From contig NC_135808.1 of assembly GCF_964213995.1 (NCBI RefSeq), positions 43,400,001 through 43,464,000 of the forward strand: a DNA stretch of 64,000 nt. The letters run 5' to 3'. The notes beneath the pieces were generated by a model that was not told where the DNA came from, did no database searches, and was given only the letters and a program-made list of their open reading frames with translations. The translations under genes were made by a program, and so were the position numbers. Below are positions 24,843-35,350 of this stretch, one piece after another (position 1 is the stretch's first letter; every line of letters begins with the position of its first letter). This DNA is from Mustelus asterias (lineage: Eukaryota).

Positions 24843-24916
24843 CTGCTGAGAAAGGAGATTCATTGTCAGACTCATCAGTCTCTGCCTGCAATGGCGAGTC
24901 GCTCACTGCAGATTGA
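24843..24916 (+). CDS. MHC class I cytoplasmic exon 2 to stop
   Basis: ttttcacag|CT GCT GAG…; PAEKGDSLSDSSVSACNGESLTAD*, a Ser-rich class I tail. Confidence 0.75.
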
Positions 24917-25009
24917 CACCAGCTGCAACTCCACCAAACTAGGTTATCAACAGCAGGAACGGTGAGCCTGGGATATTGGAAGATACCAGACTGAATTTCA
25001 TTACAGTCT

Positions 25010-25290
25010 TGTTCTTCTGGCAGTAAAGATATTTCAATAAAGCAATAAAATAACTCGCTTCACAAAGTAAATCAAAGAAATAGGTTTAATAAAGAAACTT
25101 CATTACACCAACTCTTGGGCTACACCCTGGGTCACACAAGCCCCATCTGCTTTCCTTTTATACTGGATCAGCTGACCACTACATCATTTTACCATTGGTT
25201 ACATTGTCTGCTAGGTCAGCTGACCCTCAGCATGTTACCATTGGTTATGTTATAACAGATTCCAATGTTATCGTTGGTTACATTAGAACA
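25010..25290 (-). mobile_element. Short solo LTR inserted in the MHC class I 3' region
   Basis: Termini TGTTCT…AGAACA; 5-bp TSD agtct at 25005-25009 and 25291-25295; TATAAAAG and ATTAAA on the - strand. Confidence 0.75.
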
Positions 25291-26374
25291 AGTCTCGCTG
25301 CTTTTTCACTTGATGCTTCTATAGATTTCCAACTCAGTGAAAGCTGAGATCCACCAGCCAGTGTGTAAGACACAAGCTCCAGTGATGGAGGGAATAACTT
25401 TGACAGATGATGATATTACAGAGATAGGAATAGATTGTAGAGAATGACTGATGGAAAATGGTGAATGACAGTTATGATGCATGTTGAGATATGTGACCAG
25501 GCTGAACGAGAGAATCTGTGGAAATTCACCTTGCCTCCCTGCGATCCTGTGGAAATGTGGTGATTCAGAAAAGCTAAGGATGAAAGGACACTAAGTGTGA
25601 CATAGGTGTGAGATTGAAGAGCAGGCTGAATTAAAACCACTTCAAACACACAATTCGCTGCGTTGTTTTGTAAAAATGAGTTGACTGAAGAAACACGTGA
25701 TGTTCAGTGTAGAAACAGAAGATTGAGACAATCAGATCCCCCTCTGAAACTACCACTGAGTGAGGATGTATTAGCAATAACAAGAGCAAAAAGATCCAGA
25801 GACACGATTGAGATTGTATTTGCCGGCTGAATTTTAAATTTTTCACTCCCAAGTTGTGTTAATTTCTGTAACATAATGAATATTCAACACTGTTTTAATA
25901 AAACATGGAACTATTGTTTGTGTCTGTTTCTCATTCCACTCAGAAAGTTGTTTAAACCCAGCCTCACAGGATTAATGAGAAAAGCCAAAACCATAAGCCG
26001 TACCATAGAATCCCTACAGAGACCGTTTGGCCCATCAAGTCTGCACTGACTCTCCAAAAGAGCATCTTACCAGGCTGCCCCACTGCAATAGCCGTAACCC
26101 TGTGCATTTACCATGGCCAATCCACCGAACCTACATATGTCTTCACATTGACCATGCAATTTAGCATAGTCAATCTATCCAAGCTGCACATCTTTGTCTG
26201 ATGCATATAGTTTGATGTGCTGACTTCCCCTTTAGAGTATGGGTCAGGTGACCCATGGGCAATTGATCCACCCAGTGTAGGACGCTGTGGACAGTCTCAG
26301 AGCTGACTGCGAATGAGTGCAGATCTTCAATAAACAGCTCCCAGTATTCAAGCCTACCTAAGATTCTTTGTGAA

Positions 26375-26702
26375 ATAAAGTTTATTTATTAGTCACAAGT
26401 AGGCTGACAACACTGCAGTGAAATTACTGTGAAAGTCCCCTAAATTCTCCCTCAGTGTACCCGAACAGGCACCGGAGTGTGGCGATATCAAATCAAGTTG
26501 CCACTCTCCGGTGCCTGTTCGGGTACACTTAGGGAGAATTTAGCATAGCCAATGTACCGAACCAACACATCTTCTGGACTGTGGGAAGAAACCCACACAG
26601 CCAGAGGTGAATGTGCAGACTTCGCACAGACAGTGACACAAGGCGGGAATCGAACCCGGGTCCTTGGTGCTGTGATGTAGCAGCACTAACCACTGTGCGG
26701 CC
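26375..26702 (-). mobile_element. V-type tRNA SINE with an internal inverted duplication, nested in an LTR-like fragment inside an HE1 SINE (about 26005-26880)
   Basis: Head ccgcacagtggttagtgc…ggttcgattccc on -, tail …gtgactaataaataaa; the flanking HE1 core is split between catctttg (about 26196) and gactgtggg (about 26736). Confidence 0.75.
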
Positions 26703-27334
26703 CCTTAGTTCGCAGCAATAATACAGAATACTTCCGACTGTGGGAGGAAATGAGCACCCATAGGAAACCCATGTAGACACGGTGAGAACATGCAAATTCC
26801 ACACAGTCAGCCAAGGTCAGAATTGAACTCAGGTCCCTGGCAATGTGAGCCAGCAATGTTTACCACTGTGCCACCCTGCCACCTGATTCTCTTGGAGGTT
26901 GTGCCCGCTGTATGGTTTACAGAGTTCACTCGGTCAGCAGCTGAGCCCAGGACAAACCCCAGTGTGTAATATCCCATTGGAAAATTCACCTCTTCCCCAG
27001 CCTCTGTCGCGCTTTGATCAGAAGACACTTTCTGGTAGACAAATGTCCTGAAGACACTGCAGAAATTCACACCCTTTCTGAGAAAAACTTAACCCAAGCT
27101 CTATTAAACTTTCGCTCCCAGAATTTACTACAGGCTTGTCTATTCCAGGGATTCTCAACCAGAAGTAAGAAGATTTCAAGGGAAATATTTGAAAAGTCTG
27201 ATGTGAGTGTTTAATATCAGTGATCAGACACAGGATGGTGCTGCCACCCAATCCTTTCCCCAGGAACTGAAGCTGTAACAGTGTCGCATTGAGCAGAGTT
27301 TCAGTCTCTGCTTTATTCAGATTAAGAGAGTCAC

Positions 27335-27404
27335 CGAATGTTCCGCCCATTGAAGTAGACAGTGCCTGAAAACTGATCCAGAGGCAATTCCGGGAGTTCC
27401 TCAT
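27335..27404 (-). other. Putative orphan leader (signal-peptide) exon
   Basis: agcATG with A at -3; MRNSRNCLWISFQALSTSMGGTF(G); 70 nt ending phase 1 at a weak donor G|GTGACT; preceded by TATA and IRF sites. Confidence 0.4.
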
Positions 27405-27473
27405 GCTGAACTAGACAGTGACAGAAAACTGTTCCAGTGGCAATGTCTCTTTACCTGTTGACAGAACCAAGGG

Positions 27474-27516
27474 TTATATAGCTCCTTCCTGAGTTTCAGC
27501 GTTTCACTTTTAGTCA
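27474..27516 (-). promoter_or_regulatory. IRF/ISRE-like element plus TATA box
   Basis: The - strand reads TGACTAAAAGTGAAACGCTGAAACTC-AGGAAG-GAGC-TATATAA; the TATA ends 70 nt before the ATG at 27404. Confidence 0.5.
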
Positions 27517-27583
27517 GAGAATGGGAAAAACATTTGCAACTGAATAGCAGTTGAGGGAATAGTCATTCTCTGGTTCATTCCCC

Positions 27584-28670
27584 TGTGACGATACTGTGCC
27601 TTTAAGAAATGCATTTGTCATGTTTTTTTTAATACTTTTCCAATTCAATCAAATCAAATCCAATTCAGAGTCTCAACAAGTTGAGACATTTCAGATCCAG
27701 GCTGACAAGACAGGACGGGAGACCAAAACCACCCTGTCCTGGGCCTGATCTACATGAGTCAAGCTGATTGGAGAAGGGGGAGGATCCTCCTCCAAGACTT
27801 GAGCTCATTTGCATCTTAGCCAAAAGGCTTGAGTGCAACATGTTTTTAGCCGACTCTTCCATTTATCGGTGCTGCTGGGCCCATATCTGGCAGCCCAGTA
27901 ATGGTACTGCAGCAGTATAATTTCTATAATGTTTGTTTTAATTTGGACTCTTGTTGTTTTGGTGGTCCCCCTGGGTATTTGCAGTGTAGGATGTGATTAG
28001 GTTGATTGACAGATAAGGTTGAATGACTGGGTGGAGCTTGGTTTACACAGAACATTCAAGCTTCGTTGCTATTTTGATGCTGCTTGGAGTTGGTGGAGAG
28101 CCGTGCCTTTCTTTTCCCCCTCTGTGAAGTTGGAGACTTGAATCTGCCAGGAAATAAGTCTCTTTCGTTGAGAAGGTGCTGGTTGGAAGCTGCAGAGTCA
28201 GATCGCCCTTTAAACTCTGAAGTTTGGAGACTGGGAGTTGCCTGACACTATGTTTACTTCTCTGAAGTTCTGCTGTTTGAGGCTATATCCTCCTCTGATC
28301 TCTATCCAGAAGTGTTAAAAGGCTGGAAATCTAGCCACATGAGCATATTTTGTTTTTGTGCCAACTAATTGTGAAGAAGGGTGTATATCTATGGGGATAT
28401 TGCTTTAAATTGGAACTATAGAGATTGCTAGTTGTTAAGAATCTTACTTTGTCTTGTTGAAATATTTTAATTGGTAAACGGTGTGCTAAGTGTTTTTGCT
28501 GTATTCTAACTGTGCTCTTAAATAATATTTGATTTGATAAAAGTGGGTCAATTGAATCATACCTGGAGCAAAACACCTTATGCTCACCCTACTGTCATAA
28601 TCAAAAGTAAAAGTTGGGGTCTAGCCTAACTTCGTAATATACCTTGGAGTTTCTGATCTGGTCCCTAACA
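27584..28670 (+). mobile_element. Solo LTR (Gypsy-like) containing a nested retroposon
   Basis: TGTGA…TAACA termini; 4-bp TSD cccc at 27580-27583 and 28671-28674. Confidence 0.7.
27628..27838 (-). mobile_element. Short poly(A) retroposon with a U2 snRNA-derived 5' head (SINEU-like)
   Basis: 5' end CTCAAGCCTTTTGGCTAAGAT (16-nt exact match to U2 nt 12-27 as recalled); ATTAAA + poly(A) at the 3' end; TSD catgttttt at 27619-27627 and 27839-27847. Confidence 0.7.
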
Positions 28671-29169
28671 CCCCAGAGTAATGACCAATCAGTCGACTTG
28701 CCTGATTTGAATTTGAACAAAGCTTGGCAGTTAACAGTTCCGTGCTGCATTCTACAAGACAATGCCTCCACCAATCAGAGCCCACTTGCCAACCAATCAG
28801 CACTCTTCTGATGCAGTACAAGTTGTTGTCCCCCAGTTACAGTTGGGTCATTTCTTCCGAATATTTTTGATGAGAGTAAGACGGCAGGCTTAGATAGCAT
28901 GTCTCTCTTTTCACCAAGACCCTGTATTTACTGTTGGACATGAGACAGCCCAGACACTGCCCATTGGAGAAAGGATGGTGGAGGATTAAATTTACATCAT
29001 CTAGCAATTTAGCAGCTGAGAACAGGATCTGGCCAGATCTGGTGATGGATGGTAAACCAGTTCATCAACATATCAGTTCCCATTCCTATCTCTTGTACTT
29101 AAGAAAATGAATATAAAGTCTGTACCCAGGGAAAGGGTCAGGATGAGAGGGGATTGGTTTTATTGGGGA

Positions 29170-29500
29170 CTCGGACATCTCAGGTGGGGGTGAGTAAATC
29201 AGTAGCTGCAGAAATGTTGTGGTGAACGGAGGTGTAAAGGCCGAGTGTGTTGGGATTTGGAGAGTGCGGTTGTTAGTGAATTGGGGAATAGTTTATTCCA
29301 GGGATGGATACAGAAGGTGGAGCTGGAATGTGGGAGGAGGTGTGGGTGCTGAGTAATACATGGAAGTGATCAGAGACGGTCTCCTCTGTGATTGATATGA
29401 TATGAATAGTGAGACCAGGTGAAGTGGGCAAGCAAGGAAACTTCTGGAAAGACAATTATTTCTCACATACAATCTACACTTTGTCAGCATTAATTACTGA
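29170..29500 (-). mobile_element. Ancient LINE (L2-like) endonuclease fragment
   Basis: ORF 29273..29455 includes ISITEETVSDHFHV (APE SDH motif). Confidence 0.5.
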
Positions 29501-29672
29501 CAGACAAATTCAAATCGTGATGCTGTCAGCTCATTACTGGAGTGTTTGGAATGGATCCAATCTGGTTGTTGATGAAAAGAAAGGGGTGGCCCACAAAATG
29601 GCATCAGAATTTGTAGTGATTGCATCGCGACAAAGGGTCAAAGTTCCAATCACCAAACCCTCATCTTTTACA

Positions 29673-29745
29673 GCCCCACTGGCCTAATGGATAAGGAGCT
29701 GTCTTCCTAAACCAGGGATTGTATGTTCAAGTCCTATCCGGGGTG
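29673..29745 (+). tRNA. tRNA-Arg(CCT) pseudogene
   Basis: 73 nt colinear with vertebrate tRNA-Arg-CCT (GCCCCA.TGGCCTAATGGATAAGG…CCTAA.CCAGGGATTGT…GGGGTG); anticodon at 29706-29708; mismatches in acceptor, anticodon and T stems. Confidence 0.85.
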
Positions 29746-30540
29746 GAGTAAAGTTTGATCTCGAAACAAATGTCAAAGCTCCTCCTCTCGACATTGTCAC
29801 ATTCTGTGACAATCAGATAACTTTCTGTTTAACCTCCCAACCAATCTGGGCAGTTCCTGTTCAACCTCCTTCTCACTCTGTCATTGGCTTTCCACTGACA
29901 CAAAACAATGCAATGTTTCTCCCAAGTTGTGCACCATCCCAACACTCGAGGAACAATGGCCCAAAACCCCTGGAGAGTCGGAGGCTGGATGTCCCTCAGA
30001 CGATGTACTACAGGATCCCTTGAATATCTCAACACAACAGAAATTGATGTTAAGTGTGAATATGTGCTGGGCAATTCGTCTGCTCTCAGATTCTCAGAGA
30101 AACCTGCAGCTTTGAGTTAAATTGAGAGACTTTGGAGGGGCTGATTACCCTGGCAGACAAAAACAATTCTATTCCCACTCCTGGTTAACTGGTGCCAGAC
30201 CCCACTCTCCGTCCAATTTCCCTTTGACCAAACCTGATTGCCCTTACCTCCCAACTCCCTCTCCACCCAAATTATCTGACCCAACCATCATCCTACCCCA
30301 CCCTCCTACTATCCAGTTGCCACCGTTTGCCCTAGCCATTACCCACCTGACCTACTTAGCTCACAACCATATCACACACTATTACCTATCATACCCCTTA
30401 CCTTACCATCCTTCCCCTTCATCTTCCCTACTGTTTGTCTCACCCACCCTTCCCCAGGGCACTTGTTTTGCCAAATCTGCCATTTTACCCCCTTATCTCA
30501 CCCCACCCTACAACTTCACCAGCCCTACCTTCCTTACCAT

Positions 30541-30692
30541 TTACCTTACCCAGCCTAACCTCCACGCACTTATCTCACCCACCCTTACCCACTTACCTTA
30601 CCCAACCTAACCTCCACGCACTTATCTCACCCACCCTGACCCACTTACCTTACCCAGCCTGACCCCCACGCACTTATCTCACACACCCTGAG
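30541..30692. repeat. 52-bp minisatellite, about 3 copies, in a C-rich tract
   Basis: ccacgcacttatctcac recurs every 52 nt. Confidence 0.85.
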
Positions 30693-31618
30693 CCAATTGC
30701 CTCATGTACTCGATATATTTAACCATTAAACTCCGCTTCATAGCTAGGCAAGAAGATTTGGAACAGTTCAACTATTTACTGACCAGAATGCAGCATCTCA
30801 CTTCACATAAAGATGGCATGGCTTATCTCCCACCAACCATCCAGCACCATGAAGTGTCAATTCCATATCTAGTATGTTCGATATTTTTGGAGAAGCCAGA
30901 ATCAGAGGTCCATGCCAGAAATGTGGAGCTCAGGCAGAAATGGAGAAGTGGCGAACAATTGGTTATTGCTGGTTGGAAGATACCAGCCAAATTATCCAGG
31001 ATTTCCGATCTCCGGATGGATCCCAAAGATTTGCCAGGCATCCACAGAAGTCCCCATGAACCAACTATGGAAATTACTGGGAAGTCTGGAGTTCCGGCAG
31101 CTCATTTCCTTGCCTCTCAAACCTCCCTCCAAGCTCTGAGTTAGAGTCAGACTTACTTACCAGAATGCCCAGAGAAAGTTAGAAATATTAAAACAATTTC
31201 TAACTCTGGGTAATTACAGAACATGACTCCCCCTGACTAGCCGACTACCTCTGCGGACCCTACCAAAGTCCGTCCTTCATATGATTACGCTCCCCAACCG
31301 GCCAAACACCTTAACCTGCTATACCCATTCACCCATCCAGCCACCTGCCATCTTTCCCCTTCACCCATCAACATGCCTACCAAACCGCTCACCCACTTAC
31401 CTGTGACACAACTTCTCCTGCCATATAGTTGTTGCTGTAATTCACTATTCATCTGCCCGCTCATCCAATTACCTGCCACCATTCACCCTCACCAAATTAC
31501 CAGCCACATGCCCCCCGACCCAGTTACCTGACAGACTTACCTTCTCTCCACAGCTTCACAATGTAGTTTGGGCGCATTTATACTCACTGAGATATGACAA
31601 CTGCTGGTAAAAAAGCAG

Positions 31619-33095
31619 TAAGAAGTCTCACAACACCAGGTTAAAGTCCAACAGGTTTATTTGGTGGTAAATACCATAAGCTTTCGGAGAACTGCTCCTT
31701 CGTCAGATGGAGTGGAAATGTGCTCTCAAACAGTGCAAACAGACAAAATCAAGTTGCAGAATACTGATTAGAATGCGAATCCTACAACCAGCCAGGTCTT
31801 AAAGGTACAGACAATGTGGGTGGAGGGAACATTAAACACAGGTTAAAGAGATGTGTATTGTCTCCAGACAGAACAGCTAGTGAGATTCTGCAAGCCCAGG
31901 AGGCAAGCTGTGGGGGTTACTGATAATGTGACATAAATCCAACATCCCGGTTTAGGCCGCCCTCATGTGTGCGGAACTTGGCTATCAGTTTCTGTTCAGC
32001 GACTCTGCGCTGTCATGTGTCGTGAAGGCCGCCTTGGTGAACGCTTACCTGAAGATCCAAGGCTGAATGCCCGTGACTGCTGAAGTGCTCCCCCACAGGA
32101 AGAGAACAGTCTTGCCTGGTAATTGTCGAGTGGTGTTCATTCATTCGTTGTCGTAGCGTCTGCATGGTTTCCCCAATGTACCATGCCTCGGGACATCCTT
32201 TCCTGCAGCGTATCAGGTAGACAATGTTGGTCGAGTTGCAAGAGTAGGTACCGTGTACCTGGTAGATGGTGTTCTCACGTGAGATGATGGCATCCGTGTC
32301 GATGATCCAGTACATCTTGCAGAGGTTGCTGTGGCAGGGTTGTGCGGTGTTGTGGTCACTGTTCTCCTGAAGGTTGGGTAGTTTTCTGTGGAAAATGGTC
32401 TGTTTGAGGTTGCGTGGTTGTTTGAAGGCAAGAAGTGGGGGTGTGGGGATGGCCTTGGCGAGATGTTCGTCTTCATCAATGACTTGTTGAAGGCTCCGGA
32501 GGAGATGCCGTAGCTTCTCCGCTCCGGGGAAGTACTGGACGACGAAGGGTACTCTGTCCACCGTGTCCCGTGTTTGTCTTCTGAGGAGGTCAGTGCGGTT
32601 TTTCGCTGTGGCGCGTCGGAACTGTTGATTGATGAGTCGAGCGCCATATCCTGTTCTTATGAGGGCATCTTTCAGCGTCTGGAGGTGTCTGTTGTGATCC
32701 TTCTCATCCGAGCAGATCCCGTGTATTCGGAGGGCTTGTCCGTAGGGGATGGCTTCTTTAACGTGTTTAGGGTGGAAGCTGGAGAAGTGGAGCATCATGA
32801 GGTTATCCGTGGGCTTGCGGTACAGTGAGGTGCTGAGGTGACCGTCCTTCATGGAGATGCGTGTGTCCAAGAATGCAACCGATTCCGGAGAGTAGTCCAT
32901 GGTGAGTCTGATGGTGGGATGGAACTTGTTGATGTCATCATATAGTTGTTTCAGTGATTGCTCACCATGACTCCAAAGGAAGAAAATATCATCGATGTAT
33001 CTAGTGTATAGCATCGGTTGAAGGTCCTGTGCGGTGAAGAAGTCTTGTTCGAACCTGTGCATGAAGGATCTCCACATCATGACTACCATCGACAC
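31619..33095 (-). mobile_element. Penelope retroelement 3 (diverged subfamily), 5'-truncated with a short inverted segment (33067-33095)
   Basis: RT C-terminus/GIY-YIG in ORF 32013..33254 with premature TGA; 13-bp TSD ggtaaaaaagcag at 31606-31618 and 33096-33108. Confidence 0.92.
31674..31715 (-). ncRNA. Hammerhead ribozyme motif (Penelope 3)
   Basis: ccat-CTGACGA-a-ggag(cagtt)ctcc-GAAA-gctt-atgg. Confidence 0.8.
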
Positions 33096-33809
33096 GGTAA
33101 AAAAGCAGGCATGGCTTGCCTTTCCCCAACACACCTGCACTACCAAAAGGGGTTCCCAAAAATACTGATACACTCCACATTTCTGAGGAGGCTCTGGTTC
33201 CGAAGAGTGGATGGGAAATGCAGAGCCGTGTAACAATCTAACAGTGGAGGCCACTCCTTGGAAGATTCGGCCCCATGGGCGAATTGAATGCTGGAATGGC
33301 TGAAGGGCTGAATGGCCTCCTCCTGTACCGATGTTGATAAGTTGTTCAGAAGATCCATGTCAAAAGACAGGGAAATGGAGCTGAGATATAGATCAGGTAT
33401 CGTGGGGTTAAATTAGCCCATCCCAGTCAGATCAGGAGCCACAGAACTCAGATTCTTGGGAGATATTCCAGATCCTTGTCTGAGGTAGTCTTCAAAGTTG
33501 CAGAGGTCGATTTACCATGGTAACAACCTGGACATGAGATTCAAGGAGGCACAGACCATATCATAGAAATCATAGAAACCCTACAGTACAGAAAGAGGCC
33601 ATTCGGCCCATCGAGTCTGCACCGACCACAATCCCACCCAGGCCCTACCCCCATATCTACCCACTAATCCCTCCAACCTACGCATCTCAGGACACTAAGG
33701 GCAATTTTTAGCATGGCCAATCAACCTAACCCGCACATCTTTGGACTGATAGATTAATCAATAGATAGATTGAAAGATGGTCGGATAGAAAAGAAGGAAG
33801 GTAGACTAT

Positions 33810-33887
<78 letters not shown>
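33810..33887. repeat. (GATA)n microsatellite
   Basis: About 19 perfect units. Confidence 0.97.
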
Positions 33888-33888
<1 letters not shown>

Positions 33889-33889
33889 A

Positions 33890-34305
33890 GTTTTGATTTT
33901 ATTTATTATTGTCACATGTATTGGTATACAGTCAAAAGTATTGTTTCTTGCACGCTATACAACGCATATCGTACATAGGGAAGGAAAGGAGAGAATGCAG
34001 AATGTAGTGTTACAGTCATAGCTCGAGTGTAGAGAAAGATCAACTTAATGTGAGGTCGGTCCATTCAAAAGTCTAATGCAGCAGGGAAGAGATTGTTTTT
34101 GAGTCGGTTGGCACGTGACATCAGACTTTGGTATCTTTTTTTTGATGGAAGAAAGTGGAAAAGAGTAACTCTGGGGTGCGTGGGGTCCTTGATTATGCTG
34201 GCTGCTTTTCCGAGACAGAGGGCAATGTAGACAGTGTCAATGGATGGGAGGCTAGTTTCCATGATGTACTGGGCTTCATTGATGACCCTTTGTAGTTTCT
34301 TGCAG
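33890..34305 (-). mobile_element. Rex1/Babar LINE 3' fragment
   Basis: ORF 34065..34262 (LPSI…KAASIIKDPTHP…FHFLPS.KRY…RLKNNLFP) is typical of the Rex/Babar RT C-terminus. Confidence 0.8.
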
Positions 34306-34549
34306 TCATGGATGGATGGATAGATTGATGGCTAGATAGATAGATAGGTAAGTAGGTATATGGATAGAAAATAAATAGATGACAGAATGTATGATAGGCA
34401 GATAGATAAATAGATGGACAACAAGGTAGGCAATTCGAAAGGCAGATAGAAATAAAGAGACTGGATAAGAGAGAAAATTGAGATGAATAGGGATATAGAT
34501 CTACAGAGACATACAGAGAAATATGGCCAGGCACATGGCATGGAAATAG

Positions 34550-35350
34550 ATGTGGAATGTGAAAGAGTCAGAAAGAAAGCCGACAGAGAGAGAACAAGAT
34601 AAAAAGAAAGTGAGAGAGAGATGGAAATAAAGGGATAAGGTGATGAAGAAAGGGAGAGAGAGCAGTGAGTCCACAGAGAGTGAGTAGGAGAATGCTAAAT
34701 AACAAGAGACGTATGATTCTAAGGAATCAAAGAGAGAAAAAGAAAAGTGAGGGGAAGAGAGTGGTGACAGGGTATGAAAAGAGATGGGATAAGAGGAAGG
34801 GAGGGAGAAAGAAAGAGAGACAAACAGATGAGGGAGAGATAAAAGGATAAGAAGAGAAAGATAGTTTAAGTGACAGGGATGGAGAGAGAGATTAAGAGGC
34901 AGGTATGGAGAGAGAGATTAAGAGGCAGGTATGGAGAAAGGGTTTAATAATAGAGATTGAGGGAGAAAGAGTTTCGGACATTGGCATGGTGAGAGAGTTT
35001 AAAGGACAGGGATGGAGAGAGATTAAGATTAGGAATGGAAAGAGAGTTCAAGAGGCAGAAATGGAGAGAGAGCATTTAAGAGGCAGGGATGGAGAGAGAA
35101 CTTAAGAACAGGGATGAAGAGAAAGTTCAAGAAACAAGGATGGAATGGAGAGAGAGTTTACAAGACAGAGAGGGAGAGAGAGACTGGAGAGAGAGTAAAA
35201 GAGAAGGGATGAAGAGTAATTTCAAGAAACAGGGATGAAGAGAATGAACTTAAGCATGGATGGAGAGTGAGCTTAAGAAAAGTGATGGAGAGAAAGTTCA
35301 AGAGACAGCGATGGATAACAAGTTCACGAATAGGGATGGCCAGTGAGAGG
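34550..35350. repeat. GA-rich low-complexity / ~25-bp degenerate tandem repeat
   Basis: Recurrent ggatggagagagag.ttaagag.cag units. Confidence 0.75.

Larger units (their letters stand above)
5465..24916 (+). pseudogene. MHC class I heavy-chain gene, probably non-classical; frameshifted in alpha2; leader exon not found on +
   Basis: Six exons with canonical AG/GT boundaries and phase-1 introns: 5465-5725, 11131-11399, 11723-11995, 23964-24089, 24475-24510, 24843-24916. The alpha2 exon is 269 nt (not 3n). Confidence 0.9.

Noticed and set aside
27018-27404. 128-aa ORF as an IL-2/IL-15-like cytokine or interferon
   Set aside because: Only a vague resemblance of two helices, with no matching exon structure or cysteine pattern; kept only as an unidentified ORF/leader.
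28860-28910. Possible further hammerhead (ttgatgagagtaagacgg…)
   Set aside because: GAAA core missing; too degenerate to call.
30704-31144. 146-aa ORF
   Set aside because: No recognisable domain or splice context.
33067-33254. Novel N-terminal fusion on Penelope ORF 32013..33254
   Set aside because: Chance read-through from flank and the inverted junction; non-ATG start and a premature stop in GIY-YIG.
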